From positions 1 to 64,000 of the IMG/VR virus record IMGVR_UViG_3300028812_000003: a stretch of 64,000 nt of DNA; one strand, 5' to 3'. How positions within the stretch are numbered: the first letter of the stretch is position 1; each line of letters begins with the position of its first letter. The notes beneath the pieces were generated by a model. The model was not told where the DNA came from and made no database searches. It saw only the letters and a program-made list of their open reading frames with translations. The stretch is from a virus. This document shows positions 18,052-26,586 of the stretch, piece after piece. Made by a program: the position numbers and the translations under genes.

Positions 18052-18231
18052 ATGGCGACGTACGTGAAGGCGTCCGACACGGACCCGTTGAACGTGGAGC
18101 CCCGACCTATCTGCAACGCGGGCTCACGGTTCGACCCGGAAGGGTTCCCGCTACCGGTCGGCGACGACCAGCCCCGCCGCTGGGTCCCGCTGTGGGGTGG
18201 TCCCTGCACCGCCTGTGGCACGCCCTGCTGA
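18052..18231 (+). CDS. 59-aa hypothetical protein (not in ORF track)
   Basis: GAGGGG RBS; ends CTACGTPC; hairpin follows. Confidence 0.5.
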   Translation: MATYVKASDTDPLNVEPRPICNAGSRFDPEGFPLPVGDDQPRRWVPLWGGPCTACGTPC

Positions 18232-18288
18232 CCCCGCACAGCCCGAAGCCCCGGAGCCCTCACGGCGCCGGGGCTTCGTCGTGTCCGC

Positions 18289-19104
18289 TCACCGCGTGAG
18301 GCGGTCGATCTTCCCGGCGAGGTCGCGGACCTGCGCGGCCAGCACCTGACCCCGTTCCGGATCGGCCTCCAGGGCGTCGGCGATGACCCGCCCGCGCAGC
18401 GCCCGGTGGGCACCGCGCAGCGCGGCCAGACCCTGTTCCAGCCGGACGAGTGCGCGGGCCTGCTCGGGGGTGTGCTCGGTCACCGGCTCCGCCGGCTGCC
18501 CCTCGGCCGGGGCGGGCGCGGGCGGCGGAAGGTAGTTGAGCCGGTCGGCCGCTCCCCGGATCGCCTTGACGGTGACCTTGTCGCCGGACTGCCGTGCGGC
18601 GGCGACCACCTCGCGCACGGCGACCTCCCCGTGGGCGGCGAGGACCGGGGCGAGGGCGCGGGCCTGCGACTCCACCGGCGCCGTGTCGAAAATTTTCGAC
18701 ATGACCAGCATGACCGGGGCGGCGTCGATGAGCTGGTAGGCGCGGGTGCGGTCCATGTCCCACCGCTGCCTGATGTAGTCCTCGAACGTCTCGTGCGTCA
18801 GCCGGAACAGGGTGTCGTCCCGGATCGCGCGCAGCGCCGTCCCGGCCTCCACGACGAACCGTGCGCGGGCCGCCTTGAGCGACCCGGCGGCCGTCTCCTG
18901 CGCCTCGGAGATGGCCGCCTCGAACGCGGCGAGACGCTGTTCGTCGGTGCCGGTGACGGCCGCCGGGTCGAGCGGCCGGGGTGCGAACGGGTCCGGCGTC
19001 TCGGGTTGCGCGGGCAGCAGCGGGTTGACGGCCGGCGCGGCGACGCGGGACCGGGCTCCGGTGAGCAGCGCGGCGCGGTCGACGCGGGGGCGTGCGGTGC
19101 TCAC
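18289..19104 (-). CDS. ParA partner, putative centromere/DNA-binding protein
   Basis: Translationally coupled to parA; TFEDYIRQRWDMDRTRAYQLI HTH-like segment. Confidence 0.65.
   Translation of the reverse strand: MSTARPRVDRAALLTGARSRVAAPAVNPLLPAQPETPDPFAPRPLDPAAVTGTDEQRLAAFEAAISEAQETAAGSLKAARARFVVEAGTALRAIRDDTLFRLTHETFEDYIRQRWDMDRTRAYQLIDAAPVMLVMSKIFDTAPVESQARALAPVLAAHGEVAVREVVAAARQSGDKVTVKAIRGAADRLNYLPPPAPAPAEGQPAEPVTEHTPEQARALVRLEQGLAALRGAHRALRGRVIADALEADPERGQVLAAQVRDLAGKIDRLTR
18684..18701. promoter_or_regulatory. Perfect palindrome TGTCGAAAATTTTCGACA; candidate parS
   Basis: AT-rich perfect inverted repeat inside the ParA-partner gene; second copy at 8416. Confidence 0.45.
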
Positions 19105-19766
19105 CGGGTCACCTCGTCCAGCAGCTCGCCGGCGAGCAGCGCCATGGGGCTGCCCTGCTCTATGCGGGGCGGGCGGCCGAACGCCTGCGCGTAGCCGTCG
19201 CGGCCGTCGCTGCGGGGCACCTCGGTACGCATCACGGTGAAGCCGGCGCCCGTCAGGTCTTCCCGCGTCTCGCGGGCGGAGGACGCGGAGCGGTTGACCA
19301 TCGTCATGAGCAGCAGCAGCCGGGGCGGCACGACGCCGACGGCTTCCAGTTGCTCGACTGCCTTGAGCACCGAGCCGGCGCGCTCCAGCTCTATCGGGGT
19401 GGGCTGCACGGCGAGGACGACCAGGTCACTGGCGGCCAGCACGGCGAAGTGCGCGTTCCCCGACCGGCGCTCCCACGCCCCGGTGTCGATGAGCGCCAGG
19501 CCGTGGGGTGGGGTGAGCCGGCGGGCCTCGTCGGCGATGCGGGACGCGGCGGGCGCGCGGTAGACCGGGGCGCCGAGATCCGCGCTGTCCGACCAGGCGT
19601 ACAGGCTGCCGTCCTCCTGCTCGCCGGGGTCGTCGGCGTCGATGCCGACGGCGGGGACGCCGGTGGAGCCCCAGTGCGCGAGCAGGTGACCACAGGTGGT
19701 GGATTTGCCGCTGCCGCCCTTGCCGATGACGCCGATGCGCCTGCCCTCGGCTGGTAGTCGTGTCAT
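19101..19766 (-). CDS. parA: ParA-family partition ATPase (short type, no N-terminal HTH)
   Basis: KGGSGKST deviant Walker A, IDADD, LIDT, SDLVVLAVQPTPIEL. Confidence 0.9.
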   Translation of the reverse strand: MTRLPAEGRRIGVIGKGGSGKSTTCGHLLAHWGSTGVPAVGIDADDPGEQEDGSLYAWSDSADLGAPVYRAPAASRIADEARRLTPPHGLALIDTGAWERRSGNAHFAVLAASDLVVLAVQPTPIELERAGSVLKAVEQLEAVGVVPPRLLLLMTMVNRSASSARETREDLTGAGFTVMRTEVPRSDGRDGYAQAFGRPPRIEQGSPMALLAGELLDEVTR

Positions 19767-19843
19767 GCCTGTCTCCCGGTTCCTCGGTCGGTGGTCCGGG
19801 ATGAGCGTAGCGAGCGCCGGGCGGGCTCCGCCGGAAGGGTCGC

Positions 19844-19885
19844 GGGTGTTGTCCCGGACGGGCGACTATGATTTAATTAAGTCAC
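19844..19885 (+). promoter_or_regulatory. Promoter/operator module, copy 10
   Basis: GGTGTTGTCC...ATGATTTAATTAAGTCAC (19868-19885). Confidence 0.8.
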
Positions 19886-19930
19886 CGGGACGGACGGCCG
19901 GACCGGCAGACCACGGAACGAGGAACCGAC

Positions 19931-20206
19931 ATGCGGCAGACGACATGGGCCGAATGGGAGCCGGACGCCATGAGCGAGGCGGCGGAGCTGGAGGGGTACA
20001 CGGACCTGACCGCGTTGAAGGTCCCCGAGCAGCGGCTGGTGGAGTCCATGCCGTACCACGCCGCGTTCTCCGACTACCGCTTCCACGTCGTCGGCTGCGC
20101 CGACTGCCGGCGCGACGACCGGGCGGACTGCCCCGAGGGCGAGGCCCTGCTGGCCGTCTCCCGCATCGGCGTGGACGAACAGCACCGCGCCGCCGCGCAC
20201 AACTGA
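19931..20206 (+). CDS. Hypothetical protein
   Basis: SAS at 19909; H..GCADC...CPEG. Confidence 0.7.
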   Translation: MRQTTWAEWEPDAMSEAAELEGYTDLTALKVPEQRLVESMPYHAAFSDYRFHVVGCADCRRDDRADCPEGEALLAVSRIGVDEQHRAAAHN

Positions 20207-20239
20207 TCGAACCGGAACCGACCAGGGAACGAGGAAGAC

Positions 20240-21439
20240 ATGACGACGCACGCGCAGGCACCCGAGACGGCCCCGGCCCGCTTCACCACCACCCACCGCG
20301 AACTGTCCGACGCGTTGAAGACCGTGGCGCTCGGGGTCGCCGCCAAGCCGCCCGTCCCCATCCTGGGCGGGGTGATGGCCGAGACGTCCGACGGCGCGCT
20401 CACCTTGCGCGCGTTCGACTACGAGACTTCCGTGTCCGTCCGCGTGGACGGCGGGACGGGAGGCGACGGGGCCAGCCTGTTCAACTTCTACGACGCGAAG
20501 GACGTCCTGGCCGCCGCTGTCGCCGGCGAGAAGACGGCCGTGGCCGCCCGCACGCGAGTCACCGTGGACGACGGGACGCTGTCCACGCCGGACCTGGCGG
20601 TGCCGCTCAACACGCTGCCGCTGGAGGAATACCCGGCCTTCCCGCCGGACGCCCCGGGGCAGGTGACCGTGAACGGCGCGGAGTGGTTCGCGCGGGTGGC
20701 CCGTGTGCTGCCCGCCGCCGCCGGCCGGGACGACATGCTGCCGGCGCTGACGTACGTGCACCTGCGCATCGCCGGCGGAGTGCTGCGCCTGACCGCCACC
20801 GACCGTTACCGCGTCACCGTGGGCGAGGTGGAGGCGATAGACGGAGGCCGGGCGGAGACTGCCGCACTGGTGCCCGCGTGGCTGCTGGAAAAGATGTCCA
20901 GGCTGCTGGGCAGGCACACCGGCCCGGTCACCGTCGGGGTGATGGACGACTGGGTGACGTTCACCGTCGGAGCGGTGACGGTGACGGTGCGTTGCCCGGT
21001 CGCGGCGGGGGACTTCCCGGACCTGTGGGGCATGCTCCCGTCGGGGGCGTTGCCGCTGGCCGTGCGGGTGGACCGTGAGGCCCTGACGCGGGCGGTCCGC
21101 AAGGCTCACGCCCTGTCCAAGGCCAAGGGTCTCAAGGCGCCGCACGTGCTGCTGGAGTTCGCCCCGGCTGGCGTGACCGTCTCGCCGGGCCTGGACGACG
21201 GGGTGCAGGACCGGGTGCGCGGGGTCGCCGTGGGCGGCGAGGCGCTGGCCGGCGGGAGCCTGGACGCCCCGATGGTGGTGAACGGGGCGTACCTGCTGGA
21301 CGCCCTCGGGACGTTCAACGGTCCGGCGGTGGTCGTCCACGCGCGGACCTCGCTCAAGCCGTTCGTCCTCACCGACGGCGAGGCCGTCACCGGCGAGGGC
21401 TTCGTGCACATGCTCATGCCGGTGCGGCTCAAGCGCTGA
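20240..21439 (+). CDS. dnaN: DNA polymerase III beta-clamp-like protein
   Basis: PPVPILGGV, LRAFDYETS, EEYPAFP, LTATDRYR, GDFPD, NGAYLLDAL, HMLMPVRL C-terminus. Confidence 0.85.
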   Translation: MTTHAQAPETAPARFTTTHRELSDALKTVALGVAAKPPVPILGGVMAETSDGALTLRAFDYETSVSVRVDGGTGGDGASLFNFYDAKDVLAAAVAGEKTAVAARTRVTVDDGTLSTPDLAVPLNTLPLEEYPAFPPDAPGQVTVNGAEWFARVARVLPAAAGRDDMLPALTYVHLRIAGGVLRLTATDRYRVTVGEVEAIDGGRAETAALVPAWLLEKMSRLLGRHTGPVTVGVMDDWVTFTVGAVTVTVRCPVAAGDFPDLWGMLPSGALPLAVRVDREALTRAVRKAHALSKAKGLKAPHVLLEFAPAGVTVSPGLDDGVQDRVRGVAVGGEALAGGSLDAPMVVNGAYLLDALGTFNGPAVVVHARTSLKPFVLTDGEAVTGEGFVHMLMPVRLKR

Positions 21440-21482
21440 CCGCACCGTACTCAACTGACCGAACCAGAACCGAGGAGACGAC

Positions 21483-21809
21483 GTGAGCAACGTAACCGAG
21501 GCCGTGGGCCGGCTGATCGCCGACTGGCAGGATGCCCGCGCGGCGCTGGCCGAGCTGGAGCGCGCCGAGCACCCGGACATCACCGACAGCCACGGCCGGG
21601 TGTGGACGTGGCGCGGGCGGGGCGACCTGTACCGGCACTGCGGCATCGCCGCGCCCGCCGACATGATCAACAACTTCGGGCTTCCGTCGCAGCGGTCACT
21701 CGACAATCCGAACTCCGACCCGTGCGGCATCTGCCTGGACGGCCGTGAGCGTCGCGCGCCCAAGTGCCGCCCGGAGTGGAACTGCTCGCACAAGTGGTGC
21801 CAGAGCTGA
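21483..21809 (+). CDS. Cys-rich hypothetical protein
   Basis: GAGGAG RBS, GTG start. Confidence 0.7.
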   Translation: MSNVTEAVGRLIADWQDARAALAELERAEHPDITDSHGRVWTWRGRGDLYRHCGIAAPADMINNFGLPSQRSLDNPNSDPCGICLDGRERRAPKCRPEWNCSHKWCQS

Positions 21810-21821
21810 CCGAACCGCCGA

Positions 21822-21870
21822 GGGCCCCGGGGTTGTCGACCTCGGGGCCCTTATGATTTAATCAATTCAT
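21822..21870 (+). promoter_or_regulatory. Promoter/operator module, copy 11
   Basis: Hairpin containing TTGTCG; ATGATTTAATCAATTCAT (21853-21870). Confidence 0.8.
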
Positions 21871-21913
21871 CGGGCCGGACAGCCGGCCCGGCGGACCAAG
21901 GAACGAGGACCCG

Positions 21914-22078
21914 ATGACCGACCCGCGCACCCTGCTGATGCGTCCCGTCGACCAACCGCTGTACGGCGAGGCCGCGAAGGCGGCCGGCCGGCTGCTGCGG
22001 CTCCCGGTGGACGAGCCGCTGTACGGCGAGGCCGCCCGCGTCATCGGCCAGGCACTGACCAAGGAATCGAGGAACTGA
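21914..22078 (+). CDS. 54-aa peptide with internal repeat (not in ORF track)
   Basis: SAS at 21894; LLxxPVDxPLYGEAA twice. Confidence 0.65.
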   Translation: MTDPRTLLMRPVDQPLYGEAAKAAGRLLRLPVDEPLYGEAARVIGQALTKESRN

Positions 22079-22284
22079 TGCTGAAGTCGACGAAGCTGGG
22101 CGCGGCCATGTTGGCCGTCGGAACGACGAGCGCCCTGGCGGCGTCCGGCGCGGCCGAGGACCGCGCCGCCGTCCTCGCCGTGACCACGGGCCTGGCGTCC
22201 GGCGCCTTCATCGCGCTGGGTGCCACGACCCTGATCATCGGGTGGACCGCGCGGCGCCCGGCCGCCGAGGCGGACAAGCACTGA
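22078..22284 (+). CDS. Small membrane protein
   Basis: SAS at 22057; two hydrophobic segments. Confidence 0.65.
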   Translation: MLKSTKLGAAMLAVGTTSALAASGAAEDRAAVLAVTTGLASGAFIALGATTLIIGWTARRPAAEADKH

Positions 22285-22298
22285 CCGAACGAAGCCGG

Positions 22299-22345
22299 CG
22301 CCCCGGGGTTGTCTTCCCCGGGGCGTTATGGTTTAATTAATTCAT
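22299..22345 (+). promoter_or_regulatory. Promoter/operator module, copy 12
   Basis: CGCCCCGGGG-TTGTCTT-CCCCGGGGCG then ATGGTTTAATTAATTCAT (22328-22345). Confidence 0.8.
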
Positions 22346-22389
22346 CAGCCGGACACGCCGGCCGAGGACTACGGAAGAAGGAACCGACC

Positions 22390-22674
22390 ATGCAGCTCTC
22401 CCGCCAGGACATCGTCACCGCCGCCGAGAACATCGAGCTGAGCGAGGACGACTACAGCATCCGCGAGTCGTACCCGGCCAGCTACGGCGAGACCTGCGCC
22501 GGCGTCGTCCTCCCCAGCACCGGCGAGGTGACCGAGTTCATGGTCTCGCTCGCGCTGCTGCTCGCCGAGGACGGCCGGGGCGAGGACGCGCGGGAGCTGG
22601 CCCGCAAGACGCGCACCGACTCGATGGGGTTCAGCACCATCGCCTACTGGGACGGCGTCGAGATCACCGACTGA
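22390..22674 (+). CDS. Small acidic hypothetical protein
   Basis: GGAACCGACC-ATG; TDSMG motif. Confidence 0.75.
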   Translation: MQLSRQDIVTAAENIELSEDDYSIRESYPASYGETCAGVVLPSTGEVTEFMVSLALLLAEDGRGEDARELARKTRTDSMGFSTIAYWDGVEITD

Positions 22675-22701
22675 CCGCCCGGGGCCGTTAGGCCCCAACC
22701 C

Positions 22702-22772
22702 GCTCCCGTGGGATAACGGATGTCCGCCGGGCCCTCAACCCGGAAGTGCCGGATCGTGACCGGCCGGGAGCA
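22702..22772 (+). tRNA. Atypical tRNA, Glu(CUC)-like
   Basis: GCTCCCG/CGGGAGC acceptor; GGAT-AACGGAT-GTCC; CCGGG-CCCTCAA-CCCGG; AAGT; GCCGG-ATCGTGA-CCGGC; no encoded CCA. Confidence 0.7.
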
Positions 22773-22806
22773 CTCCCCGCACCCCCGACCAAGGAAAGCA
22801 GGACTC

Positions 22807-23250
22807 ATGGACGCACTCACGATCCCGGGGACGGTCCTGGGCGCCGCGCTGAGGTTCACGCCTCCCGAGGACGGCAAGCCGGCCATGACCGTGGAAGGGC
22901 TGTTCGCCGGGCAGTACACCACCGTGCTGCTGTCGGCCGACTGGCTGCTCCCGCTCGCGGCGTGGTTCGCCGGCGAGGCGCAGCCGGCCGCCCTCGGGGA
23001 CCGGCCAGGCACGCTGTACGGGGCCAGCCTCGCCGTCCACGGCGACGAGACGGCCACCGTCTGGAACACGTACACCTGGGCTCGGCTGGAATGCCTCACG
23101 CCGTACGGCGACGCCCGGGTGGCCATCGGCCCGCGCGGCAAGGAGTACGGGACGTCCGTGCTGCTCCCGCCCGAGGGCCGCCAGTCGGCGGCGGCCTGGC
23201 TGCGCCGGACGGACGCCGAGGACTGGACGCCGCGCACCGCGACGGCCTGA
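22807..23250 (+). CDS. Hypothetical protein
   Basis: SAS at 22787. Confidence 0.7.
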   Translation: MDALTIPGTVLGAALRFTPPEDGKPAMTVEGLFAGQYTTVLLSADWLLPLAAWFAGEAQPAALGDRPGTLYGASLAVHGDETATVWNTYTWARLECLTPYGDARVAIGPRGKEYGTSVLLPPEGRQSAAAWLRRTDAEDWTPRTATA

Positions 23251-23409
23251 CCGGCCCGTTCGGCGATACGCACCACCGCCGGCACACTCCGAGCCGGTAC
23301 GCCGTGGCCCCTCCCCCACCGGGCCCGGCGTCACAGCGCCCCGTCCGCACCCCACTGGACGGGGCGCTCGCACCACCGCATCACCTGACCAAGGAACAGG
23401 GGGCCCGCC

Positions 23410-24408
23410 ATGGGCATCATCACCATCACGCACACCCGCGCCGACGGCACGCTGCTGGAAGGTTCCCGCAAGGGCGACGGCGTCCTGGAAGCCGTCCGGC
23501 CGCACGGCTTCCGCTGGTTCCCCTCGCTGGGCTGCCTCGGCATCCAGCGCTCCCGGGACCGGGCCGCGCAGATGTGGCGCATCAACGGCGCGAAGGACGC
23601 CCTGGAGGCCGCCGGGTGGACCGTGGACGTCGTCACCGACGAGGACACCGCGCGGCCGTTCGCCGAGGCGGAGGCCGACCGCGAGCAGCGCGCCGAGGAC
23701 CGGGCGGAACGGCTCACCGGCGCGGCCGGCCGGGCGCAGGCCGCGTCCGAGGCGGGGTACCGCCGGGCGCGCGAGATAGCCGAGCACATCCCTCCGGGCC
23801 AGCCGGTTCTGCGGGGCCATCACTCGGAGGGCCGTCACCGCCGGGACCTCGCGCGCATGGACGCCGGGGAGCGGAAGTTCATCGGCGAGGGCCAGCGGGC
23901 GGAGCGGCTGGCCGAGCGGGCCGGGACGGCCGCCGGGTACAGCGAGCGGCGCAACGACCCGGCGCGCACCCTGCGGCGCATCGAGAAGCTTCAGGCGGAC
24001 CGGCGCCGGGTGGAGCGGTCGCTGTCCCGGTGCACCCCGGGCTCCGACTACGCCGGCGAGCTGCGCCGTCAGCTCGCGGAGCTGGACGACCAGCTCGACC
24101 ACTGGCGGGTCGTCGTCCGGCGGGCCGAGGCCGAGGGGTTCAAGGTCTGGTCCCGGGCCGACTTCACGCGCGGCGACTTCGTGCGGTACCGGGGGACCTG
24201 GTACGAGGTGCTGCGGGTCAACCCCAAGTCGCTGACCATCCCGCACATCCACATCGGCGTCGGGCGGGACGTGGTGCGCAAGGGGGACGGCGGCCGGCTG
24301 AGCGACTGGACGTGGACTGCCCGCTACGACGACGGGATCACCGGGCGCAGGGGCGCCGAGGAGATGGCCGCGCACGAGGAGCGGGAGCGGGGCGACCGCC
24401 CCGTTTGA
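23410..24408 (+). CDS. DUF3560-like domain protein
   Basis: RAEDRAERL, IPPGQPVLRGHHSEGRHRRDL; SAS at 23387. Confidence 0.8.
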   Translation: MGIITITHTRADGTLLEGSRKGDGVLEAVRPHGFRWFPSLGCLGIQRSRDRAAQMWRINGAKDALEAAGWTVDVVTDEDTARPFAEAEADREQRAEDRAERLTGAAGRAQAASEAGYRRAREIAEHIPPGQPVLRGHHSEGRHRRDLARMDAGERKFIGEGQRAERLAERAGTAAGYSERRNDPARTLRRIEKLQADRRRVERSLSRCTPGSDYAGELRRQLAELDDQLDHWRVVVRRAEAEGFKVWSRADFTRGDFVRYRGTWYEVLRVNPKSLTIPHIHIGVGRDVVRKGDGGRLSDWTWTARYDDGITGRRGAEEMAAHEERERGDRPV

Positions 24409-24708
24409 TCCTTTGGCCAGAACTCGACGGTCGGTGACAATCTGTTGACAGCCCCGTTCCTGACACCCGGGCGGGGCTGTCGCGCGTCCGCCCCAACTCC
24501 TGTTGACAATAAGTCAGTTGACCTCGCGGTACGTGCTCCCGGTGAACGATTCGTGAAGTCCTCCGCCCCTGAGCTGCGATGACTCACAATCGGAGACGCG
24601 TCTCTCACTTAGTGTGAGGGGCACATTTATCTACGTGTGTGCCGTTCCAAACCCGCGTGCACACCGCAATAGTTCAGTCTGAAAGTGTCACTGCGTCCGA
24701 GGAGTCAG

Positions 24709-25113
24709 ATGGTGATACCGGTAACTGTCGGCGGGTACGCCGCGTCGGAGGTGCGCTGGCAGGACGACGCCCTGTGCAACGGGGCGCCGCTGGAGACGTT
24801 CGTCCCCGACAAGGAAGACGAGGCCGGTCTGGAGGCCGCGCAGACCTACTGCAACCCCTGTCCCGTCCGGGCGACTTGCCTGCGCTACGCCTTGACGTAT
24901 GGTCAGCGTGGGTACTGGGGTGGTACGGACACGGCGGAGCGCAGGCGCCTGAAGGCGAAGAAGAACCGGGCCAAGTGCCCGTCGTGCGAGTCCCGGAGGG
25001 TGGTCGACATGGAGGAGAGCATGGACGCCCTCTGCCTGGCCTGCGGCGTCTCCTGGCTGACCGAGGCCGCCGCCCAGCCCCGCACCCGGACCACGGTCCG
25101 GCCGGTGGCCTGA
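24709..25113 (+). CDS. WhiB-family transcription factor with extra C-terminal zinc ribbon
   Basis: WQDDALC, CNPCPVRATCL, GYWGGT, ERRRL; then CPSC...CLAC. Confidence 0.9.
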   Translation: MVIPVTVGGYAASEVRWQDDALCNGAPLETFVPDKEDEAGLEAAQTYCNPCPVRATCLRYALTYGQRGYWGGTDTAERRRLKAKKNRAKCPSCESRRVVDMEESMDALCLACGVSWLTEAAAQPRTRTTVRPVA

Positions 25114-25199
25114 AGGCCCTCCCCGCTGACATCGGGGAGGGCCTTCAGTAGGGACAACGTAGTGGCCGGGCGTCCCGCTCAGTGAGGGGGCGCCCGGCC
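25110..25199. terminator. Two hairpins between convergent transcription units
   Basis: CTGAAGGCCCTCCCCG...CGGGGAGGGCCTTCAG and GGCCGGGCG...CGCCCGGCC. Confidence 0.7.
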
Positions 25200-25235
25200 T
25201 AGTTGAAGTAAATTTGCCCCCGGGACAAGATTTCC

Positions 25236-26324
25236 TTACGCCGCGTGCACGCCGCGCGCATCCTGCACGTCACGCGCCCGCGCCCACGCCTCGGCCCACC
25301 GCCACGCGTTCGCCGACAGCCGCAGGCCCTCGGCCACCTCCCGGCCGGCCTCCGCCCGCTCCGCCCGCAGGGCCGCCGAGCCGGTCAGCCGCCGCAGCTC
25401 CCGGTACCACCGGCGCGGCGTGTCGGCGAGGACCCCGGCGCCCCGTGCGTGCAGCCGCACGTACTCCGCACGGGGCGAGGCCACCCACGGTATGCCGAGG
25501 GCCGACAGCTCCAGCGGCTTGAGCCACGACTTGGCCCGGTTGAACGCGGTGTCCGCCAGCGGGGCGATGCCGACCCCGACGTCCCCCGCCACGGCGGCCG
25601 GCCAGCCGTGCACATCCACACCGGTGCGCCCCTGCGGGTCGTGGAACAGGCCGAACGCCACGCCCACCCCGGTCGGGTCGCCGACGACGCGGAAGTCCCC
25701 GCCCTCGGAGACGAGACGCGCGACGGCGCCGCCGAGGACGGCCGGGTCGTCCGGGTGGGAGGCGAGCGCGGCGGGCCAGCCGATGGTGTCGCGATCGACG
25801 CGGGGCACGCCGTAGTAGCTGTCCGGCAGGTGGTTGTGGATCACATGCCCCCGGCCGTGCCGGGCGTAGCGCTCCAGCAGCGCCGGGGTGGACACGGTGA
25901 CCAGCGTGGCATCACGGCACGCGGCGGCAAGGTGCTGCCACGAGTGCCGCCGGACCTGCCGCGTGCGCGGGTCGACCCTCCCCGCGAAGCGGGGATGCAT
26001 CGACTCGTACGCCGGGTTACGCGGGTGGACGGCTGCCAGGTCGTCGTCCACGTCCACCACCACGGCGATGCCCTTGGCGCGCAGCAGCGGCACCGCCTCC
26101 GCCATCCACTGGTGGGTGAGGCGCTGGAAGACGAGGACGTCCACGCCATCCACGTCCAGCACGTCTTCCACCCGGTCATCCGCGCCGATCTTCAGCTTCA
26201 GCCCACGGTCGGCGGGCGGGCGGATCTCCACGTCGTGGCCGGCCGCCCGCAGCAGCTCCGCCGGCCAGATGAGCCGGAAGTGCCCGCACCCGCCCGTGTC
26301 CGCCGGATAGACGACGACTCGCAT
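25236..26324 (-). CDS. Glycosyltransferase (GT-B-like, phage type)
   Basis: GGCGHFRLIWP, VVVDVDDDL, GIAPLADTAFNRAKSWLKPLE; SAS variant upstream. Confidence 0.85.
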   Translation of the reverse strand: MRVVVYPADTGGCGHFRLIWPAELLRAAGHDVEIRPPADRGLKLKIGADDRVEDVLDVDGVDVLVFQRLTHQWMAEAVPLLRAKGIAVVVDVDDDLAAVHPRNPAYESMHPRFAGRVDPRTRQVRRHSWQHLAAACRDATLVTVSTPALLERYARHGRGHVIHNHLPDSYYGVPRVDRDTIGWPAALASHPDDPAVLGGAVARLVSEGGDFRVVGDPTGVGVAFGLFHDPQGRTGVDVHGWPAAVAGDVGVGIAPLADTAFNRAKSWLKPLELSALGIPWVASPRAEYVRLHARGAGVLADTPRRWYRELRRLTGSAALRAERAEAGREVAEGLRLSANAWRWAEAWARARDVQDARGVHAA

Positions 26325-26357
26325 TCCTCGGTCTCCGTTCCCTGGTCCACTGCCCGG

Positions 26358-26573
26358 CTACTGTCCGGTCCCGGCCTGTTCCCCCGCAGACCCCTTCACC
26401 CGCGCCGTACGACCCGCAGACGGCCGTTTGGGCTCCGGGGCGGACGTCCGGCCGCCGCCGTCCTCCACGGTCCGCAGACGGGCCTCTACGGCCGCCAGGC
26501 GCTCCTCCAGCGGCGCCGTGGCGCGGGCCACCGCCTCGTCGATGGACGCGCGCACGCGTGCTTCCTGGGACAT
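26358..26573 (-). CDS. Small coiled-coil hypothetical protein
   Basis: Follows endolysin; LEERLAAVEARL. Confidence 0.55.
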   Translation of the reverse strand: MSQEARVRASIDEAVARATAPLEERLAAVEARLRTVEDGGGRTSAPEPKRPSAGRTARVKGSAGEQAGTGQ

Positions 26574-26586
26574 GGCCCGCCCGCCT

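Noticed and set aside
1963-22345. CRISPR array or integron attC array
   Set aside because: Repeats are separated by whole genes at irregular spacing; no cas genes, attC R/L boxes or IntI-type integrase; geometry fits promoter plus operator.
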